64,000 nucleotides of DNA, taken from contig CP070669.1 of NCBI GenBank assembly GCA_020351835.1, positions 1,736,827 through 1,800,826 of the forward strand, written 5' to 3'. Below are positions 1-8,941 of the stretch, piece after piece. Each line of letters starts with the position of its first letter. The stretch's first letter is position 1. The notes beneath the pieces are model-generated. The model was not told the DNA's origin. It saw only the letters and a list, made by a program, of their open reading frames with translations, and made no database searches. Position numbers and translations under genes: made by a program. This stretch comes from Nitrospirota bacterium. GTDB taxonomy: Bacteria; Nitrospirota; Thermodesulfovibrionia; Thermodesulfovibrionales; BMS3Bbin05.

Positions 1-713
1 TTCCTGGGAACTATTGGCAATACAACATCAAGCTCCCTCTGGCTCTTCCTCATATTCTGCCATACCTTTCTGGACGGCCTGTTAAGAAAATGGTACTTGA
101 AGAACTCCTGGGGCATCGGGGGATGACATCTCCAGCACAGGAAACCCACGTCAGCCCTGAACTTTACATCTCTGGTCCTGTCTTTACCCGGATCGGGCAC
201 AACAGAGTGGCACATCAGGCATACAGGCTTGTCCCTAACCTGAACAATATCCCCTTTATCATCCTTCATATCGTGGACATAGATCTCGGCATATTTCTCT
301 CTGAAATGACACTTAAAGCAGATAGCTCTCCTGTCATCATACGGCCCGCCTCTCAATAGTTTCGGGGCCTCCAGGAGACCCTCACCGCCATGTACCTCAT
401 GGCATGTAAGGCATTTCACACGGCCATTATATAATGGAAAGGTACTTCCTTCTGGCGCTGTAAATTCATCCGATGACACAACATTATTGGGGTGATGGTT
501 CTCCTCATAATCGTGGCAGGATATGCATATGTCTGAAGTATCAAGGTCTCCCGCCAGGTCAGGTGGCGGGCCAACAGGCTCCGAGGTCATATGGCATGTT
601 GAACAAAAAGAATGCTTTATCCTTGCTTCTTTGCCTTTGCTATCTGGCCGTATCTGATTTGAACAGGCTATGACAAGCAAAACGCCTATATATATGACTA
701 TTATCTTTTTCAT
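1..713 (-). CDS. Multiheme c-type cytochrome lipoprotein; the 3' end runs off the window and it is absent from the supplied ORF track
   Basis: Manual minus-strand translation from the ATG at 713-711 stays open to position 1. A GGAGG SD lies 5 nt upstream. The N-terminus MKKIIVIYIGVLLVIAC has a lipobox. Six CxxCH motifs are present: CSTCH, CISCH, CLTCH, CFKCH, CLMCH and CWRCH. Confidence 0.8.
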   Translation of the reverse strand, partial: MKKIIVIYIGVLLVIACSNQIRPDSKGKEARIKHSFCSTCHMTSEPVGPPPDLAGDLDTSDICISCHDYEENHHPNNVVSSDEFTAPEGSTFPLYNGRVKCLTCHEVHGGEGLLEAPKLLRGGPYDDRRAICFKCHFREKYAEIYVHDMKDDKGDIVQVRDKPVCLMCHSVVPDPGKDRTRDVKFRADVGFLCWRCHPPMPQEFFKYHFLNRPSRKVWQNMRKSQRELDVVLPIVPR

Positions 714-915
714 ATTCACCTCCCATATATATCATCTCATATAAAATTCTACCATTCAACCTTTTTTTATCTTATTCTAATTTGAAGGTCATTACAGTGA
801 CTTAATCACAAACGGTCATGCATGGATTCTTGCATGATTTATCCTCAAATAGAGGGTTTTTACGGGATTTCAAAACTAAACGGTTCAGGAAGAAATAGTT
901 GATTCCAGAAACTGC

Positions 916-1452
916 CTATTCCCTTTCGATACTACATTGTTTTGGAATTTTTTTAAAATATGGATATTTCTCAAATATTTCGGGATATTTCTCTTTGGCT
1001 TCAGCTACAGTCTCATCTTCTCTGTCTATTAGAAGTATATAAGCCGCAGGTCCTCCTGATTCGGATGACCATTCAACTACTAAGTCGCCTACGTAAGTAA
1101 TAGTTCCAGGTTTAATAAAAAAGTAATTTCTGTCTCCCCATACAAAGCTATCTCCCCTGAAGAATTTACTAAAATTCGATTCACCGCTTTTAATTTTGAT
1201 TACTCGGAGGTCCTCTGGGGCTTTCACAGGCTTAAATTTTACCCATGGCCATTTTTCGTCCTTTCCATGAATATAAATATAGCTATTATTTACATTTGTT
1301 CTTATTTTTGTTATTAATATTCCTTCATCTACATCTAATAATGTCCGAGAAGTTACATCAGTTACAGGAAATGTAGCGCAGCCAGTAAATATCATAATTG
1401 TAAACAATATGAAAAATGAAGATAATAAGATAACAAATCTACTTCTTTTCAT
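916..1452 (-). CDS. Hypothetical lipoprotein, paralog A of a tandem pair
   Basis: The signal plus lipobox reads LFTIMIFTGC. It shares blocks with the upstream ORF (DEGILITKIRTN, TYVGDLVVEW, DREDETVAEAKEKYPEIFEKYPYFKKIP). It overlaps the upstream gene by 14 nt. Confidence 0.6.
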   Translation of the reverse strand: MKRSRFVILLSSFFILFTIMIFTGCATFPVTDVTSRTLLDVDEGILITKIRTNVNNSYIYIHGKDEKWPWVKFKPVKAPEDLRVIKIKSGESNFSKFFRGDSFVWGDRNYFFIKPGTITYVGDLVVEWSSESGGPAAYILLIDREDETVAEAKEKYPEIFEKYPYFKKIPKQCSIERE

Positions 1453-2029
1453 TATCTTTAAACTCCTCTTTCAGTTTTTTTAACTCATCAACCTCTTCGA
1501 ATTTATCTACAATTTCAATATTTCTAACCGGGATTTTTTTTCTATACTCATATTTATCAAATAACCAGGGATATTGTTCTCTGACTTCAGCCATTGTTTC
1601 CGACTCCCTGTCCAATATTTGCATGCTAACATTTCCACCCCAAAAGCCATCGGTCCACTCAATAAAGATATCACCTACATAGGTAGCCACCTGTTGTTCT
1701 ATTTTAAAAAGCATCTCCCTCACTTCTGCGTAATATAATTGTCGATTCATTAGCCGCAAGTATAAGGAGTCACGGGCCGAGATTGGGATAACAGTTAAGT
1801 GTTCAGGATTTTCAATCCTGAAGTCTGCAATAGGGAATCCAGACCTATCCGCGTCATACATCATAAAGAAAAAAGGAGTAGAATTTGAATGGATTTTTGC
1901 AATTAAAATCCCTTCATCCTTATCAAGACTGGTTTCCCTCGTAATATTATGCGTAGCACATGCTGTAAGCAAGAAGGAAAATAAGAGAATAATGTAGATG
2001 AATGAATGCTTCAAGGATTTCTTATTCAT
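1439..2029 (-). CDS. Hypothetical lipoprotein, paralog B of a tandem pair
   Basis: I moved the start to the internal Met (MNKKSLKHSFIYIILLFSFLLTAC, which has a lipobox). Blocks DEGILIAKIHSN, TYVGDIFIEW and DRESETMAEVREQYPWLFDKYEYRKKIP match paralog A. Confidence 0.6.
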   Translation of the reverse strand: MNKKSLKHSFIYIILLFSFLLTACATHNITRETSLDKDEGILIAKIHSNSTPFFFMMYDADRSGFPIADFRIENPEHLTVIPISARDSLYLRLMNRQLYYAEVREMLFKIEQQVATYVGDIFIEWTDGFWGGNVSMQILDRESETMAEVREQYPWLFDKYEYRKKIPVRNIEIVDKFEEVDELKKLKEEFKDNEKK

Positions 2030-2164
2030 AGTACCCCCCATTATAGGTATACGATTTAACTGTCTGATATCAATAATTCTACAAGAAACTAACAAAATTA
2101 TATCACATCATAAACTGAACTATTCTGGTTGAATCAATTATATATACAGAATTAATAATAAATG

Positions 2165-2779
2165 CTATTCGCAATCCTGAATATAGCCGCTTAGAAACTC
2201 GATCCTTTTCTGCAATCTCTCTTTTTCGACCTCATCCTCTGTCAGATCTTTAAGGATATTTAGGTCAAGTATAATAAAATATGTCCATCCGTTATTTCGG
2301 TCTATCTCCAGCGCTCCCTCGACATATTTTATATCCTTTTGCACTTTCGCAGCCTTTCTCAGCATTACCGAATGATAAATATCATTGGGGGACTTACCCG
2401 GTTTTGCAGGAGAACTTCCGCCGGCACTTAACCTCCTAAGCTCTTCTACGGTTCTCTTCTCTTCTGCACACTTACCGACGGAGGCAAACTCATCGGCTTT
2501 TGTAAGTAAGGTCTCATCCGATTTTTTGACATAAGAAAAGAACAGATATTTCTGAATATACGCATCTGATATAGCGCATATATCATCAAGTTGTGCAAAT
2601 ATATCGATGGCGTTCACAAGGGACAGTTCAGCATCACAAACTCTTCCCTCAAGGAACGATCGCCTGAATCGCTCCATTTCGTCCAGGGCCTGGTTGCGTA
2701 TCGTATCCGGAAGCTTACCCGGCGTATAGCATGAGACCAAGCCTGCCATCACTATCATTATTATCATTATCTTTTTCAT
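2165..2779 (-). CDS. Lipoprotein encoded at the end of the Mla-like operon, family not recognised
   Basis: The signal plus lipobox reads MKKIMIIMIVMAGLVSC. Its start overlaps the MlaD-like stop as ATGA. The rest of the protein looks helical. Confidence 0.55.
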   Translation of the reverse strand: MKKIMIIMIVMAGLVSCYTPGKLPDTIRNQALDEMERFRRSFLEGRVCDAELSLVNAIDIFAQLDDICAISDAYIQKYLFFSYVKKSDETLLTKADEFASVGKCAEEKRTVEELRRLSAGGSSPAKPGKSPNDIYHSVMLRKAAKVQKDIKYVEGALEIDRNNGWTYFIILDLNILKDLTEDEVEKERLQKRIEFLSGYIQDCE

Positions 2780-3615
2780 GGATTAGGGAGCTCCGGCCTT
2801 TCCTTTCTTTCTCCCTCTTTAGGTGCGAGTGGCCACGTGTTGTTCAGCTTTAATAAGAGTCCGCTTCCAAGGTTGAGCGTACGATCGACCTTTCTTCTCA
2901 GCAGGTCGAGATCTCGAGTGGTCTTTGATATATTATCAAGTACCGGGTTTAACCTTTCGTTCACAGTAAGGTTTAGATCAGTGCTAAGAGTGTTTGCGTT
3001 CTCACCCAGAATTATGATCTTATCTAACATAGTGTCGATCTTTACCTTGCTCTCCTCTTCGAACATGAGATAAGAAATAGCACCTTTTCCATCTTCGACT
3101 GTAATGCTCAGCTTATCAGAGATTACCCTTATGTTCTTTACTATCCGGCGCACATCCTCCATCACGGGTTTCGCCTCTTTTATCAACGCGTCAATTCCTC
3201 CTTCGAACTCCAGGATAAATATCGCTTCCTCCTGCATTGGTTCCTTATCTGCCGAACCTGTCGTGAAATGAAGGTATGGATTGCCTATCATGCTTTCCTG
3301 GGTAAAAAAGACCCTGCTATCGCTCTTGATCCACTTCTGATATCTTTTTAGGATCGACAGAGTAAGCACGATATTACCGTCCTCACTTAATTCGACCTTG
3401 GACACCTCTCCCATCCTGAACCCTTCGAACTTGACCGGTATCCCTGCGAACAGTCTTTCACCGGTCTCTGAGTAGACAAAATACTTTATCTTTTTGGAAA
3501 AAAGGTCCTTTTGATATCCGACATAAAGAAGAGCTATTACCGTGAAAAGGATCACCAGTAGCGCCAGAGCCCCGATCTTTACTTCAAGGTGTTTGAATTT
3601 CCCTTCAGCAGCCAA
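2776..3615 (-). CDS. mlaD: MlaD/MCE-domain substrate-binding protein
   Basis: It has an N-terminal TM helix followed by an MCE-like block (GIPVKFEGFRMGEVSKVEL...VFFTQESMIGNPYL). It sits between ABC-like and lipoprotein genes with overlapping stop and start codons. Confidence 0.8.
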   Translation of the reverse strand: MAAEGKFKHLEVKIGALALLVILFTVIALLYVGYQKDLFSKKIKYFVYSETGERLFAGIPVKFEGFRMGEVSKVELSEDGNIVLTLSILKRYQKWIKSDSRVFFTQESMIGNPYLHFTTGSADKEPMQEEAIFILEFEGGIDALIKEAKPVMEDVRRIVKNIRVISDKLSITVEDGKGAISYLMFEEESKVKIDTMLDKIIILGENANTLSTDLNLTVNERLNPVLDNISKTTRDLDLLRRKVDRTLNLGSGLLLKLNNTWPLAPKEGERKERPELPNP

Positions 3616-4144
3616 GAGCTACCTCCATATCATATCCCCAGTCTAAAGCATGGCCCTCACCGACCCCGATCCACATCCGGGTACCGGAATTCATTACGCC
3701 CATAAGAGAAGGAAGTACATCCTTGAACTCTTTCAGGGTCAAAGAGTATTTAAAATCGCTCATAAGAACGACCTCCGGGTTCAGCACTATCCCTCTGAGA
3801 AACATTGCTCTGTACAGCTCCGTCTTATTAACTGCCTCTTTTCTACTGTGCATGACACCTGTCAGCCCTAAACTCTCAAGCCTTTGCTCCACCTTTTCTA
3901 TAGCTTCTTTCTTAGTGTTATGTTCATGATACTCAAGAGGTAAGATTATGTTCTCGATTATGCTCAAGTTAGACAGAAAAGGATAATACTTGGATACAAT
4001 ACCTATTCTTGAAGGAAGTGCTGCACCTTCGATGTCCATATCTGCAAGAGCCTCAAGAAGTTCGATGATATCACTATCATGTAGATAGCTTATCTCGATA
4101 TTCTTACTTGTATCCAGTATATTCCCCTTATAAGATATTTCCAT
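3605..4144 (-). CDS. ABC ATPase-like protein with degenerate catalytic motifs (MlaF position)
   Basis: It is only 179 aa. The Q-loop-to-H-loop region is recognisable (RIGIVSKYYPFLSNLSIIENIILPL, LNPEVVLMSDF, GEGHA). There is no GxxGxGKS/T Walker A, the signature is VNKTE instead of LSGGQ, and Walker B lacks DE. Confidence 0.6.
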   Translation of the reverse strand: MEISYKGNILDTSKNIEISYLHDSDIIELLEALADMDIEGAALPSRIGIVSKYYPFLSNLSIIENIILPLEYHEHNTKKEAIEKVEQRLESLGLTGVMHSRKEAVNKTELYRAMFLRGIVLNPEVVLMSDFKYSLTLKEFKDVLPSLMGVMNSGTRMWIGVGEGHALDWGYDMEVALGC

Positions 4145-4919
4145 ATCTAATCATATCATAGACGAGATCAAAGAAGACTATGAGCATTAATTGAAGCACC
4201 AGCCCATGGATCAATTTGACCGGGACCTCTGTGATGGAATGTTTAACACTTAAGGCATCCCTGATAGAAATAAAAACTATTATCAACCCGAACACGGTAG
4301 ACTTGATATATACAGTTATGAAATCCATCATGTCGGCTGATGCCGCCATTTTCATCAAATAGTCCTTGAACGGCGTGTTATTTATGTATCCAAAAGATAT
4401 AAAACCTCCTATAAGAGCTATCAGGCAGAAAAATACAGCAAGCATGATATTTGACAGTACTATAGCCGTAAAACGGGGGAACATCAAATATTCATACATG
4501 TCTATGCTAAATCCCTTTAACGTGTTCAACTCATTGTTCAACTTCATCAGGGCTATCTCAGATATCATGGCGCTGCCAGACCTTAACATCACTATAATTG
4601 CAACGAATGCTGATGAGAGCTCGTTAACTATAACAAGAAGAATGAAATCCCCTATCTGGTCATTGGCCCCGATAGAAGTAAAGAAATTGATAATATAATG
4701 AACTATTACAGCACCCATTACAAACGCGCCCGCAAATACAATGGGAACAGGCTGAACTGCCGTAAAATAAAGCTGTCTTAGGATAATCTCGAAGCCTGCC
4801 GGTGAGAAAACACTTCTGAAGCCCTTTAAAGTTCTTACAAAAAGGATAATAACGTCATGCGCCAGCTCATATTGCCTGAGAACGAATGCCCCTTGTCGTC
4901 TCAGAATAGTTTCTATCAA
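4128..4919 (-). CDS. mlaE: MlaE-type ABC permease
   Basis: It is a polytopic membrane protein of MlaE length and layout (263 aa). It is the first gene of the operon and overlaps the next ORF by 17 nt. Confidence 0.8.
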   Translation of the reverse strand: MIETILRRQGAFVLRQYELAHDVIILFVRTLKGFRSVFSPAGFEIILRQLYFTAVQPVPIVFAGAFVMGAVIVHYIINFFTSIGANDQIGDFILLVIVNELSSAFVAIIVMLRSGSAMISEIALMKLNNELNTLKGFSIDMYEYLMFPRFTAIVLSNIMLAVFFCLIALIGGFISFGYINNTPFKDYLMKMAASADMMDFITVYIKSTVFGLIIVFISIRDALSVKHSITEVPVKLIHGLVLQLMLIVFFDLVYDMIRYGNIL

Positions 4920-4935
4920 TGTCCTCCCCTTTTTA

Positions 4936-6237
4936 TCAGGTTCTTCCTACGCTGTAATATTTGAACCCAAGCCCCTTCATCACATCCGGTTCATAAACAT
5001 TCCTCAGGTCAAAGAAATAGTTCTTCTTCATCTCACTTTTGACCTTCTTCATGTCGAGATTCCTGAACTGGTTCCATTCAGTTATGATCAATGCAGCATC
5101 TGCACCTCTGAGTGCATCGTAAGCATCCTTTGCGAACTTCACGGAGGGCAACACGTCACGAGCATCGTCCATAGCTGCAGGATCATAAGCACTGATCCTG
5201 GCCCCTTCGTTCATCAGGGCCTCTATTATATGTATTGCAGGTGCTTCACGCATGTCGTTAGTGTTCGGCTTGAACGCAAGCCCGAGGACACCTATCTTCA
5301 CGCCCTTCAGTTCACCCATGGCATGATTTATCTTAGAGACCATTCTGTCCTTTTGTTGCTCGTTAGTCTGCACCGCGGCTTTAACAACGTCCATCTCTAC
5401 CCCGTGGTCCTGCCCTATCCGGATAAGAGCCCTCGTATCTTTGGGAAAGCACGATCCACCGAAACCGGGACCCGGGTGAAGGAACTTCCTTCCTATTCTA
5501 CCGTCAAGCCCCATTCCCTTTGATACCATATGAACATCAGCTCCAACCTGCTCACACAGATTCGCCATTTCGTTTATGAAGGATATCTTGGTTGCAAGAA
5601 AAGAATTAGACGCATATTTAATGAGCTCAGCTGTCTCTATATTGGTTATAACGAAAGGTGTTTCGATAAGATACAAAGGCCTGTAGAGGTCCTTCATTAT
5701 AGCGATGGCCTGCTCACTGTTCGAGCCAAGCACTACTCTGTCCGGCCTCATGAAATCCTCAATGGCCGCTCCTTCCCTGAGGAACTCAGGGTTAGACACG
5801 ATATCAAAATTCACTTTCTTCTTGAGGTTCTTCTTCATTATCTTTCTGATACGCTCGCCTGTACCTACCGGGACGGTACTTTTCGTAACAATGACCTTAT
5901 AATCCTTCATTAGTGCAGCCATCTGTTTTGCAACTTCATCCACATATTTCAGGTCGGCTGACCCGTCTCCCCTGGGTGGAGTACCGACCGCTATGAATAT
6001 CACAAGTGATGATCTTATCGCATCGTCAAGCTTAGTACTGAACGACAACCTTCCCTGCTCTACGTTCCTCTTTACCAGATCATCCAGGCCGGGCTCATAA
6101 AATGGTATCTCACCTTTTTTTAAAGCTCTCACCTTCTTCTGGTCCTTATCAATGCATGTTACATATACTCCGAACTCAGCAAAACATGCGCCCGTAACAA
6201 GTCCTACATACCCGGTCCCTATCACTCCTATATGCAT
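4936..6237 (-). CDS. ugd: UDP-glucose 6-dehydrogenase
   Basis: The N-terminal Rossmann motif is MHIGVIGTGYVGLVTGACFAEFG. The catalytic block GFGGSCFPKD is present. The length of 433 aa fits the family. Confidence 0.9.
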   Translation of the reverse strand: MHIGVIGTGYVGLVTGACFAEFGVYVTCIDKDQKKVRALKKGEIPFYEPGLDDLVKRNVEQGRLSFSTKLDDAIRSSLVIFIAVGTPPRGDGSADLKYVDEVAKQMAALMKDYKVIVTKSTVPVGTGERIRKIMKKNLKKKVNFDIVSNPEFLREGAAIEDFMRPDRVVLGSNSEQAIAIMKDLYRPLYLIETPFVITNIETAELIKYASNSFLATKISFINEMANLCEQVGADVHMVSKGMGLDGRIGRKFLHPGPGFGGSCFPKDTRALIRIGQDHGVEMDVVKAAVQTNEQQKDRMVSKINHAMGELKGVKIGVLGLAFKPNTNDMREAPAIHIIEALMNEGARISAYDPAAMDDARDVLPSVKFAKDAYDALRGADAALIITEWNQFRNLDMKKVKSEMKKNYFFDLRNVYEPDVMKGLGFKYYSVGRT

Positions 6238-6271
6238 TATTCCTCCTTATAACAATTATGCAAATAATTAA

Positions 6272-7009
6272 TCAGTCTTTTATCTCCTTGAGCTCAGCTG
6301 TAACGTGTCCTATAAGTGCTTCCAACTGTATCTTCACCGGTACTTTTCTGTGATCATCCGTTACCCAGATGAATATATCCCCCCTGCTGCTGAATATACC
6401 CTCTGATTGCAGGTTAGGTTTAATTAGTATCGTATCGAACTCTCCTGCCCGTACCTTTATTTTTTCCTTTTTAATTATGTCGACGACCACATCCCACACC
6501 TTCTTACTGTCAAAGATCTTCAATATGACCGGCTTACCCACATGCAGCTCCATACGTCTTAGTGAAAAGAACCCTGAAAGAGGATCATATGAGTTCTCCA
6601 CTATGTCGAAAATCTTCTTCTCTTTCTTCCTGTGATCCAGGTAAAGGGCCTTCTTTTCATCCTGTCGGAAGCGGACCTCTTTGTCTTTCCTGCTACTCCC
6701 TTCTCTTAACTTAAGATGGTAGTTAATAGCCTTTCCGTATTCTCCACCACTACCATCTACGATACAGGTTATGCGGTCATCCACCTTATAAAATGATGAG
6801 ATAAAGTCTGTAGACTCCGCTCTTGACTCTATAACGTAGTTGCTATCCTTCATCTCGACGCTCATTGTAGCTGTCCCGGCCTTTATGCCAAGCCATTTCA
6901 GTTCATACTTAAGCCACTCCGGAACATTAAACGCCTCAGCTTGTACAGACATAACCGTGAGAAATGATATAAATACAATAATGATTATAATTGAACGATT
7001 GTTCCTCAT
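6272..7009 (-). CDS. DUF3108-like secreted protein
   Basis: I moved the start to MRNNRSIIIIIVFISFLTVMSVQAEA, which forms an ATGA overlap with the HD gene stop. The pattern YELKWLGIKAGTATM...GDIFIWVTDDHRKVPVKI is typical of DUF3108. Confidence 0.6.
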   Translation of the reverse strand: MRNNRSIIIIIVFISFLTVMSVQAEAFNVPEWLKYELKWLGIKAGTATMSVEMKDSNYVIESRAESTDFISSFYKVDDRITCIVDGSGGEYGKAINYHLKLREGSSRKDKEVRFRQDEKKALYLDHRKKEKKIFDIVENSYDPLSGFFSLRRMELHVGKPVILKIFDSKKVWDVVVDIIKKEKIKVRAGEFDTILIKPNLQSEGIFSSRGDIFIWVTDDHRKVPVKIQLEALIGHVTAELKEIKD

Positions 7010-7545
7010 AGCGATCCTTCTGCTTTCTTGTTCCCTTTTGCTGCTGATATCCATGATAGTATCTTTTCATGCATTTTGATGAACCTCTCTATAGCGGGAT
7101 GTTGCTCACCAAGAGTGGCCTTAAACATGGTCAAAGACCTTTCGAACGAATCTGTTCTATCACTCCTTGCCAGATTATCTGCGTAAGCTACGATCATCTC
7201 TTCCGGCGCTTCTGGCATATAATTTTTAGATGGCAATCCAAGTTCCTCTGCTTCGTCCTTTGTAATCCCAGACCCTATATGCCTCTCTATTATCCTGACC
7301 ACCCTTTCATCCATACCCATCTCTCTTGCTATGTTTGCACCTACCACCGCATGTTCTATGTCAGAGGTCTTTGACCGGCCTATATCATGGTTAACAGCAC
7401 CAGCTTTTATAAGTTCCATGTCGACAGGTATCGAAATGTCTCCTGCTATCTCTAAAGCTTTTTCAGCAACCATTATGCAATGGCTGATAACAGCATCAGA
7501 ACAGCCTGCCAGCCTAAGGTACTTAAGGTCCGCATCATCTATCAC
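7006..7545 (-). CDS. HD-domain phosphohydrolase
   Basis: The HD motif NHDIGRS is present, followed by IERHIGSG. The protein is 179 aa. Confidence 0.65.
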   Translation of the reverse strand: MIDDADLKYLRLAGCSDAVISHCIMVAEKALEIAGDISIPVDMELIKAGAVNHDIGRSKTSDIEHAVVGANIAREMGMDERVVRIIERHIGSGITKDEAEELGLPSKNYMPEAPEEMIVAYADNLARSDRTDSFERSLTMFKATLGEQHPAIERFIKMHEKILSWISAAKGNKKAEGSL

Positions 7546-7665
7546 TGTATCTCCCGGAAGTCAATGATGTATATTTTAAATTATGGCAGATATCATTAGC
7601 AATAATATTGATTTCAGATCCTCATTAGGCTAAAATGGAGACAATCTTCGCCCATTAATTCACTA

Positions 7666-8370
7666 ATGAACATCGAACTTGTCAGCCAGGAGCTAAGGAA
7701 ATACTCAAGCAAGCCCAGGGCTAAGGCTTTACAGAGGTTTTTCAAGACAGGACCCGGAGAATATGGAGAGGGAGATATATTTATAGGGGTCAAGGTCCCC
7801 GATACAAGGAAGGTAGCAAAGAAATACCGGGATCTTGACATGCAGGCTGTCAAAATTTTATTAAGCTCACCTATACATGAGGAAAGACTTCTTGCTCTGT
7901 TGATAATTGTTCATCAATATTCATGCTGTGGCCCTTCGGTAAAGAAAGACATATATAAAATATATTTGAGCAGTACAAAGTACATAAATAACTGGGATCT
8001 CGTTGATCTAAGTGCCGGCAAGATACTAGGCCATCACCTATCGGTAAGAAGTAGAGGTCCGCTATACAAGCTTGCCCGTTCTTCGGACCTGTGGGAGAGA
8101 AGGATATCTATAATAGCCACATCACACTTTATCGGGAATAGTGACTTTGAAGATACATTAAAGATCGCAAAAATACTTTTGCACGATAAAGAGGACCTGA
8201 TCCACAAGGCGGTGGGATGGATGCTCCGTGAGATCGGCAAAAGGGATCTAGCGGTTGAGGAAGATTTCCTTAAGGAACACTATAAAATAATGCCAAGGAC
8301 CATGCTGAGATATGCCATTGAGAGGTTCCCGGATAAGAAACGACAGAAATATCTGAAGGGAAAGGTATAG
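7666..8370 (+). CDS. DNA alkylation repair protein (AlkD-like HEAT-repeat glycosylase family)
   Basis: The pattern LQRFFKTGPGEYGEGDIFIGVKVPDTRKVAKKY...WERRISI...VGWMLREIGK is characteristic of the DNA_alkylation family. Confidence 0.7.
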   Translation: MNIELVSQELRKYSSKPRAKALQRFFKTGPGEYGEGDIFIGVKVPDTRKVAKKYRDLDMQAVKILLSSPIHEERLLALLIIVHQYSCCGPSVKKDIYKIYLSSTKYINNWDLVDLSAGKILGHHLSVRSRGPLYKLARSSDLWERRISIIATSHFIGNSDFEDTLKIAKILLHDKEDLIHKAVGWMLREIGKRDLAVEEDFLKEHYKIMPRTMLRYAIERFPDKKRQKYLKGKV

Positions 8371-8458
8371 TCAAATATCGTAAGCGTGTCCTGCCACTTT
8401 GCTAATGATGTACCTTTCCGTGTAAAATAACGGACATATCTTATCAAGGAGAGGATGA

Positions 8459-8941
8459 ATGCCATCATTTGATATTGTATCTGAAATCAATATGCACGAA
8501 GCAACGAATGCCATCGATCAGGCGAACAGGGAGGTAGCAAATCGTTTTGACTTTAAAGGGACGAACTCCCGCTATGACAGGTCTGATGATGACATAATGA
8601 TGACATCTGTGTCAGAGTTCAATTTGAAGCAGATGATCGAGATCCTCAAGCTGAAACTGACCAAGAGGGGCATAGATATCAGCTGTCTTGAGGTCTCCGA
8701 ACCTGATATCTCCGGTAAAGAGGCACGTCAGAAGATCACCCTAAAGCAGGGGATCGATACTGAACTTGCTAAGAAGATCGTGAAGATGATAAAGGACGCA
8801 AAAATGAAGGTTCAGGGATCTGTACAGGGTGATAAGGTCAGGGTCTCTGGCAAAAAAAGGGACGACCTGCAAAAGGTTATATCGATGGTAAAAGATGCTG
8901 AGCTCGGAATTCCACTTCAGTTCGTTAATATGAGAGATTAA
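8459..8941 (+). CDS. yajQ: YajQ-family nucleotide/c-di-GMP-binding protein (UPF0234)
   Basis: The N-terminus MPSFDIVSEINMHEATNAIDQANREVANRFDFKG and the length of 160 aa are diagnostic of YajQ. Confidence 0.85.
   Translation: MPSFDIVSEINMHEATNAIDQANREVANRFDFKGTNSRYDRSDDDIMMTSVSEFNLKQMIEILKLKLTKRGIDISCLEVSEPDISGKEARQKITLKQGIDTELAKKIVKMIKDAKMKVQGSVQGDKVRVSGKKRDDLQKVISMVKDAELGIPLQFVNMRD

Noticed and set aside
798-812. The 15-nt string TGACTTAATCACAAA repeated at 798-812 and 45944-45958, both near gene starts
   Set aside because: I expect about one or more identical 15-mer pairs by chance in 64 kb of AT-biased DNA. In the second copy it is simply part of a -35/spacer. The half-site spacing does not fit CRP or FNR.
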